Made by a program: the position numbers and the translations under genes
In this document: in pieces, positions 1 to 16,708 of the stretch
How positions within the stretch are numbered: position 1 is the first letter of the stretch
Layout: the number at the start of each line of letters is the position of its first letter
The notes under the pieces: model-generated
What the model saw: the letters and a program-made list of their open reading frames with translations, nothing else
Told to the model about the DNA's origin: nothing
Database searches by the model: none
From: Escherichia coli
Lineage (GTDB): Bacteria; Pseudomonadota; Gammaproteobacteria; Enterobacterales; Enterobacteriaceae
Assembly (NCBI RefSeq): GCF_030384885.1
Contig: NZ_CP128613.1
Length of the DNA: 64,000 nucleotides
Strand: one strand, 5' to 3'

Positions 1-940
<940 letters not shown>

Positions 941-1082
941 CATCTTGTTATCAGGGCTATTTACGCCCTGATTGTCTTTTGTTACTTACACAATAATTCA
1001 TTATTTTTATCATTTATCCTATAGCATTCACGAGGATTATCGCTAAACTATGCGGACTTGGAAATTTCCGTCAGTTAGGGTA

Positions 1083-2063
1083 ATGATGAGAGTAGAAAAT
1101 AATAATGTTTCTGGGCAAAACCATGACCCGGAACAGATTGATTTGATTGATTTACTGGTCCAACTATGGCGTGGCAAGATGACTATCATCATTTCCGTCA
1201 TTGTGGCTATTGCCCTGGCTATTGGATATTTGGCAGTAGCGAAGGAGAAATGGACGTCAACAGCAATTATCACTCAGCCCGATGTGGGGCAAATTGCTGG
1301 CTATAACAATGCCATGAATGTTATCTATGGTCAGGCTGCACCGAAAGTATCGGATTTGCAGGAGACGTTAATTGGTCGCTTCAGTTCTGCCTTCTCTGCA
1401 TTAGCAGAAACGCTGGATAATCAGGAAGAACCAGAAAAACTTACCATCGAACCTTCTGTTAAGAACCAGCAATTACCATTGACTGTTTCTTATGTTGGGC
1501 AAACTGCAGAGGGCGCACAAATGAAGTTGGCCCAATACATTCAGCAAGTTGACGATAAAGTGAATCAAGAGCTAGAAAAGGATCTCAAGGACAACATTGC
1601 TCTGGGACGGAAAAACTTGCAGGACTCTTTAAGAACACAGGAAGTGGTTGCGCAGGAACAGAAAGATCTGCGTATCCGTCAAATTCAGGAAGCGTTGCAG
1701 TATGCGAATCAGGCGCAGGTGACAAAGCCACAGGTTCAGCAGACTGAAGATGTGACGCAAGATACGTTATTCCTTTTGGGTAGCGAAGCGCTGGAGTCGA
1801 TGATTAAGCACGAGGCGACCCGTCCGTTGGTGTTCTCGCCAAACTACTATCAGACTCGTCAAAACCTGCTGGATATCGAAAACTTAAAGGTTGATGATCT
1901 TGATATTCATGCTTACCGTTATGTGATGAAACCGACGTTACCTATTCGTCGCGATAGCCCGAAAAAGGCAATTACCTTGATTCTGGCGGTGCTGCTGGGC
2001 GGCATGGTTGGCGCGGGGATTGTGTTGGGGCGTAACGCTCTGCGTAATTACAACGCGAAGTAA
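1083..2063 (+). CDS. wzzB: O-antigen chain length determinant (Wzz/Cld)
   Basis: ORF 1050..2063; internal start MMRVENNN; N- and C-terminal hydrophobic segments with a coiled periplasmic domain, position between ugd and his operon. Confidence 0.92.
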   Translation: MMRVENNNVSGQNHDPEQIDLIDLLVQLWRGKMTIIISVIVAIALAIGYLAVAKEKWTSTAIITQPDVGQIAGYNNAMNVIYGQAAPKVSDLQETLIGRFSSAFSALAETLDNQEEPEKLTIEPSVKNQQLPLTVSYVGQTAEGAQMKLAQYIQQVDDKVNQELEKDLKDNIALGRKNLQDSLRTQEVVAQEQKDLRIRQIQEALQYANQAQVTKPQVQQTEDVTQDTLFLLGSEALESMIKHEATRPLVFSPNYYQTRQNLLDIENLKVDDLDIHAYRYVMKPTLPIRRDSPKKAITLILAVLLGGMVGAGIVLGRNALRNYNAK

Positions 2064-2086
2064 TCTTTTCGGTTTTAAAGAAAAAG

Positions 2087-2119
2087 GGCAGGGTGGTGAC
2101 ACCTTGCCCGTTTTTTTTG
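2087..2119 (+). terminator. Rho-independent terminator after wzzB
   Basis: GC stem gggcagggtg/caccttgccc followed by a run of 8 T. Confidence 0.65.
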
Positions 2120-2150
2120 CCGGATGCGACAACAACATCGCATCCGGTCA
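2120..2150. repeat. REP-like palindrome
   Basis: gccggatgcg...cgcatccggtc dyad typical of repetitive extragenic palindromes. Confidence 0.5.
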
Positions 2151-2159
2151 GCACGCAAC

Positions 2160-2764
2160 TCACTGATGCCGTTTACGCAGGTTCTCAATCACCGTTGTTA
2201 AATCCAGATCCTGATCCTGCAACAACACCAGCAGGTGATACATCAAATCAGACGCCTCGTTGGTTAGCTCAAAGCGATCATGTACTGTCGCGGCCAGTGC
2301 GGTTTCCACGCCTTCTTCGCCCACTTTCTGCGCAATGCGTTTGGTGCCGCTGGCATACAGTTTGGCAGTGTAAGAGGTTTCCGGGTCGGCAGATTTGCGT
2401 TCGGCGAGCAGTTGTTCCAGTTGATAAAGGAACAGCCACTGGTGAGCGGTGTCGCCGAAGCAGCTGCTGGTGCCTTTGTGGCAGGTCGGGCCGATGGGAT
2501 TCGCCAGCAACAGTAACGTGTCGTTGTCGCAGTCCGGCGTAATATTTACTACGTTGAGGAAATTGCCCGACGTTTCGCCTTTGGTCCACAGTCGCTGTTT
2601 AGTGCGCGAGAAGAAGGTGACTTTGCCACTTTCGATGGTTTTGTCTAAGGCTTCCGGGTTCATATAGCCCAGCATTAACACTTCGCCGGATACCGCGTGT
2701 TGCACAATCACCGGCAGCAGTCCGTCGGTTTTTTCCCAGTCCAGTTCGCGACGTTGTTGTTCTG

Positions 2765-2771
<7 letters not shown>
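2160..2771 (-). CDS. hisI: bifunctional phosphoribosyl-AMP cyclohydrolase / phosphoribosyl-ATP pyrophosphatase
   Basis: 203 aa ORF, his operon order and overlapping stop/start with hisF. Confidence 0.95.
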
Positions 2772-4849
<2,078 letters not shown>

Positions 4850-4850
<1 letters not shown>

Positions 4851-5916
4851 TACAGCACTCCTTTAGACGAGGGCAGGGTGTCGCCTTCCACGCGGATAGC
4901 TTGGCGCAGGGTGCGACCAAAAGCTTTGAACAGGCTCTCTACACGGTGGTGATCGTTTTTACCTTTGGTTTTCAGGTGCAGGGTCACGCCCATGGTGTAT
5001 GAAAGCGAACGGAAGAAGTGCTCGATCATCTCGGTGCTGAGATCGCCCACGCGCTGGTAGGTAAACTCGGCTTTATATTCCAGGTGCGGGCGACCAGAGA
5101 TATCCAGCGCGCAGCGGGCAAGGCATTCGTCCATCGGCAGCACAAAACCGAAGCGGCAAATACCGCGTTTGTCGCCAAGAGCTATTTTTAACGCTTCGCC
5201 CAGCGCCAGACCGGTATCTTCGACAGTGTGGTGATCGTCGATATAGAGGTCGCCTTTAACGTTGATTTCCATACGGAAGCCGCCGTGGGTAGCAATCTGA
5301 TCCAGCATGTGATCAAAGAAGCCAACGCCGGTGTTAATCTTGCTGCCACCCTCGCGATCCAGCCACACCTGAACGTCAATCTGCGTCTCTTTGGTGTTGC
5401 GCACTACATGGGCATAACGATCGCGTTTAGTGAGCTGTTCGCCAATCATCGGCCAGTTCAGAGTATCGCGGTCGTAACGTAAACCATTAATGCCCATGTT
5501 TTCGGCCAGTTGAATATCGGTCGCGCGATCGCCAATAACATAACTGTTGGCACGATCCATCGCTTGCTCAGCCAGATAACGCTCCACCAGTTTGACTTTC
5601 GGCTTACGGCAGTCGCACTCATCGGCGGGCAGGTGTGGACAAATCAGCACTTCATCAAACTGCACGCCTTGCGAGGTGAAGATCTGCAACATCAGGTTGT
5701 GCGGGCCATCAAAATCCGCCTGCGGGAAACTTTGTGTTCCAAGACCATCCTGATTAGTGATCATCACCAGCTTGTAGCCCGCTTTTTGCAGCTTCAGCAG
5801 TTCCGGGATCACGCCCGGTTCAAAGGCGAGTTTGTCAAAACGGTCCACCTGAAAATCACTCGGCGGTTCGCTAATCAGGGTTCCATCGCGATCGATAAAA
5901 AGATACTTCTGACTCA

Positions 5917-5917
<1 letters not shown>
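4850..5917 (-). CDS. hisB: bifunctional histidinol-phosphatase / imidazoleglycerol-phosphate dehydratase
   Basis: ORF 4850..5920, start [13 protein letters not shown] (HAD motif), operon context. Confidence 0.95.
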
Positions 5918-8288
<2,371 letters not shown>

Positions 8289-8293
8289 GGCGA

Positions 8294-9193
8294 TCACTCC
8301 ATCATCTTCTCAATCGGCAGGACCAGAATCGAACTGGCACCCAGCGCTTTCAGTTTTTCCATCGTTTCCCAGAACAGGGTTTCGCTACTGACCATGTGCA
8401 TCGCTACGCGCTGTTGATCACCCGCCAGCGGTAGAATGGTTGGGCGTTCGGCACCTGGCAGCAGAGCGATGACTTCATCCAGTCGGTCGGTTGGTGCGTG
8501 CATCATGATGTATTTTGATTCGCGCGCCTGGATCACGCCCTGAATACGCGTCAGCAGTTTGTCGATCAGTTGCTGTTTGGATTCTTCCATTTCGCCATCG
8601 CGTTGGATCAGGCAGGCTTTCGAGCGGTAGATAACTTCGACTTCGCGCAGGCCGTTAGCTTCCAGCGTGGCACCGGTGGAAACCAGATCGCAAATCGCAT
8701 CCGCCAGGCCGGCGCGCGGCGCAACTTCGACAGAACCGTTCAGTAAGCAGGATTTAAAAGAGATGCCTTTCTGATCGAGATAACGCTTGAGCAGGTGAGG
8801 ATAAGAGGTGGCGATACGTTTACCGTTTAAGGAGAGCGGGCCGTCCCAGGCTTCATCAACCGGCGTTGCCAGCGAAAGGCGGCAGCCTCCGAAATCCAGA
8901 CGACGCAGGGTAAAGTAGCGCGGATCTTCACCCTGGGCGCGGCGGTTAAGCAGCTCTTCTTCCAGCACGTTTTCGCCGATAATCCCAAGGTCAACCACGC
9001 CGTCCATTACCAGACCGGGAATGTCGTCGTCACGTACGCGCAGAATATCAATCGGCATGTTTTCTGCCATCGCGATCAGGCGCTGGGTGTGAAGATTAAT
9101 TTTAATGCCGCAGCGCGCCAGTAATTCGCGTGAGTCATCACTTAAACGGCCGGATTTCTGCATAGCTATGCGTAAACGAGTGTTGTCTGTCAT
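8294..9193 (-). CDS. hisG: ATP phosphoribosyltransferase
   Basis: ORF 8294..9232, start [15 protein letters not shown], first gene of his operon. Confidence 0.95.
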   Translation of the reverse strand: MTDNTRLRIAMQKSGRLSDDSRELLARCGIKINLHTQRLIAMAENMPIDILRVRDDDIPGLVMDGVVDLGIIGENVLEEELLNRRAQGEDPRYFTLRRLDFGGCRLSLATPVDEAWDGPLSLNGKRIATSYPHLLKRYLDQKGISFKSCLLNGSVEVAPRAGLADAICDLVSTGATLEANGLREVEVIYRSKACLIQRDGEMEESKQQLIDKLLTRIQGVIQARESKYIMMHAPTDRLDEVIALLPGAERPTILPLAGDQQRVAMHMVSSETLFWETMEKLKALGASSILVLPIEKMME

Positions 9194-9241
9194 TTTCTTA
9201 TTCCTCTTTAAACCTGTCTGAACCGTTAACAACCGCGCAAT

Positions 9242-9274
9242 AAAAAAGCCCCCGGAAGGTGATCTTCCGGGGGC
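9242..9274 (-). terminator. his operon attenuator hairpin
   Basis: On the minus strand gcccccggaag...cttccgggggc stem followed by U-run, between hisL and hisG. Confidence 0.8.
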
Positions 9275-9338
9275 TTTCTCATGCGTTCATGCACCACTGG
9301 AAGATCTGAATGTCTTCCAGCACACATCGCCTGAAAGA

Positions 9339-9389
9339 CTAGTCAGGATGATGGTGATGATGGTGGTGTTTAAATTGAACGCGTGTCAT
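9339..9389 (-). CDS. hisL: his operon leader peptide (MTRVQFKHHHHHHHPD)
   Basis: Minus-strand 16-codon ORF with seven consecutive His codons, directly upstream of attenuator. Confidence 0.93.
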   Translation of the reverse strand: MTRVQFKHHHHHHHPD

Positions 9390-9614
9390 AAAAGTCTCTG
9401 TGAATGTTTATTCAACTGATGTCTTTTAACCTAAACCACTTTCACGTTAGAAAGCAAGGGCTTTTTTATATATTTTATGGCGATGGATTTGTTTAATGAA
9501 TGAGCGGGGAAAGGAGAGGGCCAGGAGTGGCTACGTTAAAAAAGTAATCGTGAAAATATGTCTTTAAAACCCTCAAGAACATTGTGTTCTGTAACTAAAG
9601 TGGGCTTGGTTCCT

Positions 9615-9712
9615 GCCGGATGCGGCGTGAATGCCTTATCTGGTCTACAAATGTTGCCTAAATTCAATATATTGATGTTTTTGTAGGACTGATAAGCGGA
9701 GCGCATCAGGCA
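9615..9712. repeat. pair of REP elements (BIME-like)
   Basis: gccggatgcggcgtgaatgccttatctggtctaca and inverted copy tgtaggactgataagcggagcgcatcaggca in intergenic space. Confidence 0.55.
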
Positions 9713-9815
9713 ATTGTATATTTGCTAACAGTTTCGATTTCATTCATAGAATGAATTGTCAGTTTTGATACGCTAGCGTAGCCTTATAGATCTAAGGTGT
9801 ATCAGGAGATAACGG

Positions 9816-10640
9816 ATGAAAAAGGTCGCAATTGTCGGGTTAGGGTGGTTAGGCATGCCGCTGGCGATGTCACTTTCAGCGCGAGGCTGGCAAGTCACCG
9901 GGAGTAAAACCACACAAGATGGCGTCGAAGCGGCCCGAATGAGTGGCATTGATAGTTATCTGCTTCGTATGGAACCTGAGTTAGTTTGCGATTCTGACGA
10001 TCTGGATGCCCTGATGGATGCTGATGCGCTGGTCATCACGCTTCCGGCACGTCGTAGCGGCCCCGGCGATGAGTTCTATTTACAAGCGGTACAAGAGTTA
10101 GTGGATAGTGCGCTGGCTCATCATATTCCCCGCATTATTTTTACCAGCTCAACGTCTGTCTATGGCGACGCACAAGGCACCGTTAAAGAAACCACCCCGC
10201 GTAATCCGGTGACCAACAGTGGACGAGTATTAAAAGAACTTGAAGACTGGCTGCACAATTTACCCGGTACTTCAGTCGATATTCTGCGTCTTGCGGGCCT
10301 GGTCGGGCCGGAACGTCATCCTGGTCGCTTTTTTGCCGGAAAAACCGCACCTGATGGTGAACATGGTGTCAATTTAGTCCATTTAGAAGATGTTATTGGC
10401 GCTATCACCCTGTTGTTACAGGCACCTAAAGGCGGACACATCTATAATATATGTGCGCCAGCTCACCCTGCGCGTAATGTTTTCTATCCGCAAATGGCCC
10501 GTTTACTGGGGCTTGAACCTCCGCAGTTCAGAAATAGTCTGGACAGCGGCAAAGGTAAGATTATTGATGGCAGCCGGATTTGTAATGAACTGGGATTTGA
10601 ATACCAGTATCCCGATCCGCTGGTAATGCCGCTGGAGTAA
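9816..10640 (+). CDS. yeeZ: NAD-dependent epimerase/dehydratase family protein
   Basis: 274 aa ORF, N-terminal Rossmann GxxGxxG (VAIVGLGWLG), synteny. Confidence 0.88.
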   Translation: MKKVAIVGLGWLGMPLAMSLSARGWQVTGSKTTQDGVEAARMSGIDSYLLRMEPELVCDSDDLDALMDADALVITLPARRSGPGDEFYLQAVQELVDSALAHHIPRIIFTSSTSVYGDAQGTVKETTPRNPVTNSGRVLKELEDWLHNLPGTSVDILRLAGLVGPERHPGRFFAGKTAPDGEHGVNLVHLEDVIGAITLLLQAPKGGHIYNICAPAHPARNVFYPQMARLLGLEPPQFRNSLDSGKGKIIDGSRICNELGFEYQYPDPLVMPLE

Positions 10641-10685
10641 ACGATCACGCCAGCAGGACGCCGCATGCACTGCAAGGGGGCGTGT

Positions 10686-11615
10686 ATGAAACCACTGCTG
10701 GATGTATTGATGATCCTCGATGCCTTAGAAAAAGAAGGCAGTTTTGCGGCGGCGTCGGCCAAACTCTATAAGACGCCGTCCGCACTGAGTTACACCGTTC
10801 ACAAGCTGGAAAGCGACCTTAACATTCAATTGCTTGATCGTAGCGGTCACCGCGCAAAATTCACCCGCACCGGAAAAATGTTATTAGAGAAGGGGCGGGA
10901 AGTTCTGCATACCGTGCGAGAACTGGAAAAGCAGGCGATAAAACTGCATGAAGGCTGGGAAAACGAGCTGGTGATTGGCGTGGACGACACCTTCCCTTTT
11001 TCTCTTCTCGCGCCACTCATTGAAGCTTTTTATCAACATCATAGCGTGACGCGCCTGAAGTTTATCAATGGCGTGCTCGGTGGTTCCTGGGATGCCCTGA
11101 CTCAGGGACGAGCGGATATTATTGTTGGTGCGATGCATGAGCCACCATCTTCCAGTGAGTTTGGTTTTTCACGGTTGGGCGATCTTGAACAAGTCTTTGC
11201 GGTCGCGCCCCATCATCCGTTAGCCCAGGAAGAAGAACCGTTAAACCGTCGTATCATTAAGCGATATCGGGCGATTGTGGTAGGGGATACTGCGCAGGCA
11301 GGCGCTTCTACGGCCTCGCAACTTCTCGACGAACAAGAAGCCATTACCGTTTTCGATTTTAAAACCAAGCTGGAGCTGCAAATTAGCGGCCTTGGCTGCG
11401 GCTATTTACCCCGTTATCTGGCGCAACGTTTTCTCGATAGTGGCGCGTTAATCGAGAAGAAAGTGGTCGCCCAAACTCTCTTTGAACCTGTCTGGATTGG
11501 CTGGAACGAACAGACCGCAGGACTTGCCAGCGCCTGGTGGCGAGACGAGATTTTAGCAAATAGTGCGATCGCCGGTGTTTATACAAAATCTGATGACGGA
11601 AAATCAGCCATTTAA
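10686..11615 (+). CDS. yeeY: LysR-family transcriptional regulator
   Basis: ORF 10665..11615, internal start MKPLLDVL, N-terminal HTH plus LysR substrate domain. Confidence 0.88.
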   Translation: MKPLLDVLMILDALEKEGSFAAASAKLYKTPSALSYTVHKLESDLNIQLLDRSGHRAKFTRTGKMLLEKGREVLHTVRELEKQAIKLHEGWENELVIGVDDTFPFSLLAPLIEAFYQHHSVTRLKFINGVLGGSWDALTQGRADIIVGAMHEPPSSSEFGFSRLGDLEQVFAVAPHHPLAQEEEPLNRRIIKRYRAIVVGDTAQAGASTASQLLDEQEAITVFDFKTKLELQISGLGCGYLPRYLAQRFLDSGALIEKKVVAQTLFEPVWIGWNEQTAGLASAWWRDEILANSAIAGVYTKSDDGKSAI

Positions 11616-11881
11616 AGAAAAATTATTATGACAAGCCTCTCATTCTCTTGTCATTTCCCCCCCATTTAGGCACAATGCGCCGCTGTCAAAAAATGACTAA
11701 AAACCGACGTTTAATTAGCGTCGGTTATTTTTTGCTTCAAACCAATCATTCATACCAAGAGGCCGGGCTTCGTACCGGATAGATATTTACTAAAAATCGA
11801 CAGTTGTTGTCGCTGAGGAATCCAAAAAAATGGGGCAATTTTTTGCTTACGCGACGGTTATTACCGTAAAGGAGAATGACC

Positions 11882-13240
11882 ATGTCGCATAACGTTACTC
11901 CAAACACCTCTCGCGTGGAATTGCGTAAAACGCTTACGTTAGTTCCGGTTGTAATGATGGGTCTTGCCTATATGCAGCCGATGACGCTGTTTGATACATT
12001 TGGTATCGTTTCAGGCCTCACGGATGGTCATGTGCCGACAGCCTATGCGTTCGCATTGATTGCGATCCTGTTTACGGCTCTGAGCTACGGGAAGCTGGTT
12101 CGCCGCTATCCTTCTGCTGGCTCTGCATACACTTACGCCCAGAAATCCATTAGCCCGACCGTCGGCTTTATGGTGGGTTGGTCTTCTCTGCTCGACTATC
12201 TGTTCGCGCCGATGATCAACATTCTGCTGGCGAAAATCTATTTTGAAGCTCTGGTGCCTTCCATTCCATCGTGGATGTTTGTGGTGGCGCTGGTGGCCTT
12301 TATGACCGCCTTTAACCTGCGTAGTCTGAAATCCGTAGCGAACTTCAACACCGTCATCGTGGTGTTGCAGGTAGTGCTGATCGCGGTAATTCTGGGCATG
12401 GTAGTTTACGGCGTATTTGAAGGTGAAGGCGCTGGTACGCTGGCGAGCACTCGTCCGTTCTGGTCTGGTGATGCACATGTCATTCCGATGATCACTGGTG
12501 CGACGATTCTGTGCTTCTCCTTTACCGGCTTTGACGGCATCAGCAACTTGTCGGAAGAAACCAAAGATGCAGAGCGCGTGATCCCGCGTGCAATTTTCCT
12601 GACCGCGCTTATCGGTGGCATGATCTTCATCTTTGCAACTTACTTCCTGCAACTGTACTTCCCGGATATCTCTCGCTTTAAAGATCCGGATGCGTCACAG
12701 CCTGAAATCATGCTGTATGTTGCGGGTAAAGCGTTCCAGGTCGGCGCGCTGATCTTCTCCACCATTACCGTACTGGCGTCCGGTATGGCGGCGCACGCAG
12801 GCGTAGCGCGTCTGATGTACGTAATGGGTCGTGACGGCGTGTTCCCGAAAAGCTTCTTCGGTTATGTGCACCCGAAATGGCGTACTCCGGCAATGAACAT
12901 CATCCTGGTTGGCGCGATTGCCCTGCTGGCAATCAACTTTGACCTGGTAATGGCTACGGCGCTGATTAACTTTGGTGCGCTGGTGGCGTTCACCTTCGTT
13001 AACCTGTCGGTTATCTCGCAGTTCTGGATCCGTGAGAAGCGTAACAAGACGTTGAAAGATCACTTCCAGTATCTGTTCCTGCCGATGTGTGGTGCGCTGA
13101 CCGTTGGTGCGCTGTGGGTTAACCTGGAAGAAAGCTCAATGGTTCTGGGTTTGATCTGGGCGGCAATCGGTCTGATTTACTTGGCTTGTGTCACCAAGAG
13201 CTTCCGTAACCCGGTTCCGCAGTACGAAGACGTTGCATAA
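11882..13240 (+). CDS. plaP: APC-family putrescine importer
   Basis: ORF 11876..13240, start [11 protein letters not shown], 12-TM amino acid permease. Confidence 0.9.
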   Translation: MSHNVTPNTSRVELRKTLTLVPVVMMGLAYMQPMTLFDTFGIVSGLTDGHVPTAYAFALIAILFTALSYGKLVRRYPSAGSAYTYAQKSISPTVGFMVGWSSLLDYLFAPMINILLAKIYFEALVPSIPSWMFVVALVAFMTAFNLRSLKSVANFNTVIVVLQVVLIAVILGMVVYGVFEGEGAGTLASTRPFWSGDAHVIPMITGATILCFSFTGFDGISNLSEETKDAERVIPRAIFLTALIGGMIFIFATYFLQLYFPDISRFKDPDASQPEIMLYVAGKAFQVGALIFSTITVLASGMAAHAGVARLMYVMGRDGVFPKSFFGYVHPKWRTPAMNIILVGAIALLAINFDLVMATALINFGALVAFTFVNLSVISQFWIREKRNKTLKDHFQYLFLPMCGALTVGALWVNLEESSMVLGLIWAAIGLIYLACVTKSFRNPVPQYEDVA

Positions 13241-13280
13241 TCTTACAAGCCGGATGACATAATCATCCGGTAAATCTCAA

Positions 13281-13311
13281 AAAGCCGGAGTTTGTCGCTC
13301 CGGCTTTTTTG
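13281..13311. terminator. bidirectional terminator between convergent plaP and sbcB
   Basis: A-run, stem gccggag/ctccggc, T-run. Confidence 0.7.
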
Positions 13312-13313
13312 TT

Positions 13314-14741
13314 TCAGACGATCTCTTCCGCGTACTGCCAAAGCGCTTTTAACAGCGCCACTTTCTCTTTGTCATCGGCATATTGTTGTGCCAGCATCTG
13401 CAATTCATCAGCATAGCCCTGCAAAAACTCTGGCGTGAAAACCTGGCGGCGGTGCTCCAGCCAGCGTTGCTGCTCGGCATAATCCAGCGTCCCCGGGAAG
13501 TTGCGCGCCCGATAATTGAACAACAGCTTTTCAATCCGTTTATCAACAAAAGTGATATCCAGTGCCGGTAAATTACGCGGCTCGGTTTCCAGCACAATTT
13601 TCATTGCTGCACGATCGGCGTCACTGAAAAAGCCATTATAAAGCTGTGCATCCACGTTATCTGAAGGCGTAAACGGTTCGGCTTCGGCGAATATCGCCAC
13701 CACTTTTTCACGCACTTGCGGATTTTCACGCAGAATTTTCAGGTTATCGAGGCAATGCTGACGATTAATTCCCAGTCGGTCGGCATCTTCCGGGCGTAGC
13801 GTATTCGCCTGGGCCAGCACCGGACATTTATTGATATGCACCAGTTTAACCGGAACGGCGGCGTTATCGCCAAGATCGGCTTTTGCGGTATATAAACGCT
13901 CGCGCAATGTGTCGCTATCCAGCTCCAGTAATGGCGAAATGTCTCCTGCCAAATCCACCATAATTACGGCATTGCGATTTTCAGGATGCCACGCCAGCGG
14001 TGCCACCCAGCTGGTATTGCCACGCCATGCCCCAAACATTCCGGAAACGTGAACCAGGGGTTTCATCTGCGGAACATCAATCAACGCCATCAGTTTGTGT
14101 TTATTACGATGGGTAAAGAGATAATCAAACAGGCGTGGCTGACGCGTTTTTACCAGTTTCGCCATCGCAATAGTGGCGTACACATCAGCCATCGCATCGT
14201 GGGCGTTGCTATGTTCAATACCATTCGCTTTGGTTAAATGCTCAAGGCGAAAGCTCGGTAGACCGTCATCATTTTCAGGCCAGTTTATTCCTTCCGGGCG
14301 CAGGGCATAACAGGCACGCATAACATCCAGTAAATCCCAGCGCGAGTTATCATGCTGCCAGCTCCAGGCGTAAGGATCGTAGAAATTACGATAAAAAACG
14401 TTGCGTGTGACTTCGTCGTCGAAACGCACATTGTTGTAGCCCAGAATACAGGTCTTCGGTACGGTAAAAAGCGAGTGAATACGGGCGGCAAACGCGGCTT
14501 CGTTTTCTCCTTTCGCCCGTGCCTCCTGCGGGGTAATACCGGTAATTAATACTGCTTCAGGCTGGGGTAAATAGTCATCCGCGGGCTTGCAGTAAAAGAC
14601 TTCGGGTTCGCCGATGACATTGAATTCGTTATCAGTGCGAATGGCTGCGAACTGTGCAGGGCGATCTAACGCGGGGTGCGTTCCAAAGGTTTCGTAATCG
14701 TGAAACAAAAAGGTAGATTGTTGCTTACCGTCATTCATCAT
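13314..14741 (-). CDS. sbcB: exodeoxyribonuclease I
   Basis: ORF 13314..14789, start MMNDGKQQSTFLFHDYETFG (DEDDh exonuclease motif). Confidence 0.94.
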   Translation of the reverse strand: MMNDGKQQSTFLFHDYETFGTHPALDRPAQFAAIRTDNEFNVIGEPEVFYCKPADDYLPQPEAVLITGITPQEARAKGENEAAFAARIHSLFTVPKTCILGYNNVRFDDEVTRNVFYRNFYDPYAWSWQHDNSRWDLLDVMRACYALRPEGINWPENDDGLPSFRLEHLTKANGIEHSNAHDAMADVYATIAMAKLVKTRQPRLFDYLFTHRNKHKLMALIDVPQMKPLVHVSGMFGAWRGNTSWVAPLAWHPENRNAVIMVDLAGDISPLLELDSDTLRERLYTAKADLGDNAAVPVKLVHINKCPVLAQANTLRPEDADRLGINRQHCLDNLKILRENPQVREKVVAIFAEAEPFTPSDNVDAQLYNGFFSDADRAAMKIVLETEPRNLPALDITFVDKRIEKLLFNYRARNFPGTLDYAEQQRWLEHRRQVFTPEFLQGYADELQMLAQQYADDKEKVALLKALWQYAEEIV

Positions 14742-14943
14742 TAGGTTAAATCCGTTATTTCTGCTGTCTGCCAGAGTATCAAATATCACCGTGCTAATCA
14801 GCTTTAGCGCGACAATTTGGCAGCGAGTGGCAACAGATCATGTCAGATAAAAATGAGATAGTAGTCACATTTTCTTGCACTTTATTCCAGCCAGTTCATA
14901 AGTATTTCCGTAAAAAGAACAGCTATTTGAAACACCTGAGGGT

Positions 14944-16116
14944 TTGCTGTTGAAACGCCGTCTTATTATTGCTGCTTCTTTGTTCGTTTTTAATTTATCG
15001 TCTGGTTTTGCGGCGGAAAACATTCCTTTTTCACCTCAGCCTCCAGAGATTCATGCCGGGTCCTGGGTATTGATGGATTACACCACCGGTCAGATTCTCA
15101 CCGCGGGTAATGAGCATCAACAGCGCAATCCCGCCAGCCTGACAAAGCTGATGACGGGCTATGTTGTGGATCGCGCTATCGATAGTCATCGCATTACGCC
15201 AGACGATATTGTCACCGTGGGGCGTGATGCGTGGGCGAAAGATAATCCGGTGTTTGTCGGTTCTTCACTGATGTTTTTGAAAGAGGGCGATCGCGTATCG
15301 GTACGTGATTTAAGCCGTGGTTTAATTGTGGATTCCGGAAATGACGCTTGTGTTGCACTGGCTGACTATATTGCCGGTGGGCAACGGCAGTTTGTTGAAA
15401 TGATGAACAACTATGCCGAGAAGCTGCATCTCAAGGATACGCATTTTGAAACAGTGCATGGTCTGGATGCACCTGGCCAGCATAGCTCGGCTTATGATTT
15501 AGCTGTGCTTTCTCGCGCTATCATCCACGGCGAGCCCGAGTTTTATCATATGTACAGTGAGAAAAGCCTCACCTGGAACGGTATCACCCAGCAAAACCGT
15601 AACGGGTTATTGTGGGATAAAACCATGAATGTTGACGGCCTGAAAACGGGTCATACTTCTGGTGCCGGGTTTAATCTCATTGCTTCGGCTGTAGACGGGC
15701 AGCGTCGCCTCATTGCAGTGGTAATGGGTGCTGACAGCGCAAAAGGTCGTGAGGACGAGGCAAGAAAATTACTGCGTTGGGGGCAACAAAACTTTACTAC
15801 GGTGCAAATTTTGCACCGTGGGAAAAAGGTCGGGACGGAACGTATCTGGTATGGCGATAAAGAAAATATCGCCCTGGGAACGGAACAAGAGTTCTGGATG
15901 GTGCTACCTAAAGCCGAAATTCCACATATCAAAGCCAAATATACCCTTGATGGTAAAGAACTCACCGCGCCAATTAGCGCCCATCAGCGGGTAGGGGAAA
16001 TTGAACTTTACGACCGTGATAAACAGGTGGCGCACTGGCCGCTGGTTACCCTGGAATCTGTCGGGGAAGGCAGCATGTTTTCCCGCCTGAGTGATTATTT
16101 CCACCATAAGGCCTGA
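14944..16116 (+). CDS. dacD: D-alanyl-D-alanine carboxypeptidase (PBP6b)
   Basis: 390 aa ORF with signal peptide, SxxK motif (ASLTK) and SGN motif; TTG start region. Confidence 0.92.
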   Translation: MLLKRRLIIAASLFVFNLSSGFAAENIPFSPQPPEIHAGSWVLMDYTTGQILTAGNEHQQRNPASLTKLMTGYVVDRAIDSHRITPDDIVTVGRDAWAKDNPVFVGSSLMFLKEGDRVSVRDLSRGLIVDSGNDACVALADYIAGGQRQFVEMMNNYAEKLHLKDTHFETVHGLDAPGQHSSAYDLAVLSRAIIHGEPEFYHMYSEKSLTWNGITQQNRNGLLWDKTMNVDGLKTGHTSGAGFNLIASAVDGQRRLIAVVMGADSAKGREDEARKLLRWGQQNFTTVQILHRGKKVGTERIWYGDKENIALGTEQEFWMVLPKAEIPHIKAKYTLDGKELTAPISAHQRVGEIELYDRDKQVAHWPLVTLESVGEGSMFSRLSDYFHHKA

Positions 16117-16234
16117 CCTTTCTTTTGCAGCAGACTGGCAGGAGTGCGAGTCTGCTCGCATAATCAACACTCATTCCTTGTGGTTTTAATATTGCAACTA
16201 TACTGTATATAAAAACAGTATTGGTGGAGGTGTC

Positions 16235-16708
16235 ATGAACTACGAGATTAAGCAGGAAGATAAACGTACCGTTGCAGGTTTCCATCTTGTTGGCCCGTGG
16301 GAGCAGACGGTAAAGAAAGGTTTTGAGCAGTTGATGATGTGGGTAGATAGCAAAAATATCGTGCCGAAGGAGTGGGTTGCTGTCTATTACGACAATCCAG
16401 ATGAAACACCCGCCGAAAAATTACGCTGCGACACCGTCGTGACGGTACCGAATAACTTTACGCTCCCCGAAAACAGTGAGGGCGTCATTCTGACAGAAAT
16501 TTCAGGTGGTCAGTATGCGGTGGCGGTGGCGCGTGTAGTCGGTGATGATTTTGCTAAACCCTGGTATCAGTTCATTAATAGCCTCTTGCAGGACAGTGCT
16601 TATGAAATGTTACCAAAGCCCTGCTTTGAGGTTTATTTGAACAATGGCGCGGAAGAGGGGTACTGGGATATCGAAATGTATGTTGCGGTGCAGCCAAAAC
16701 ATCACTAA
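16235..16708 (+). CDS. sbmC: DNA gyrase inhibitor
   Basis: 157 aa [19 protein letters not shown], GyrI-like fold family. Confidence 0.92.
   Translation: MNYEIKQEDKRTVAGFHLVGPWEQTVKKGFEQLMMWVDSKNIVPKEWVAVYYDNPDETPAEKLRCDTVVTVPNNFTLPENSEGVILTEISGGQYAVAVARVVGDDFAKPWYQFINSLLQDSAYEMLPKPCFEVYLNNGAEEGYWDIEMYVAVQPKHH

Noticed and set aside
2093-2667. Several ORFs (2093..2542, 2278..2589, 2280..2516, 2449..2667) overlapping hisI on either strand
   Set aside because: They lie inside or antisense to a highly conserved biosynthetic gene and have no RBS; they are typical GC-rich spurious frames.
12011-13063. Minus-strand ORFs of up to 213 aa inside plaP
   Set aside because: Antisense to a conserved transporter gene; their composition reflects the reverse of membrane-protein codons; no RBS.
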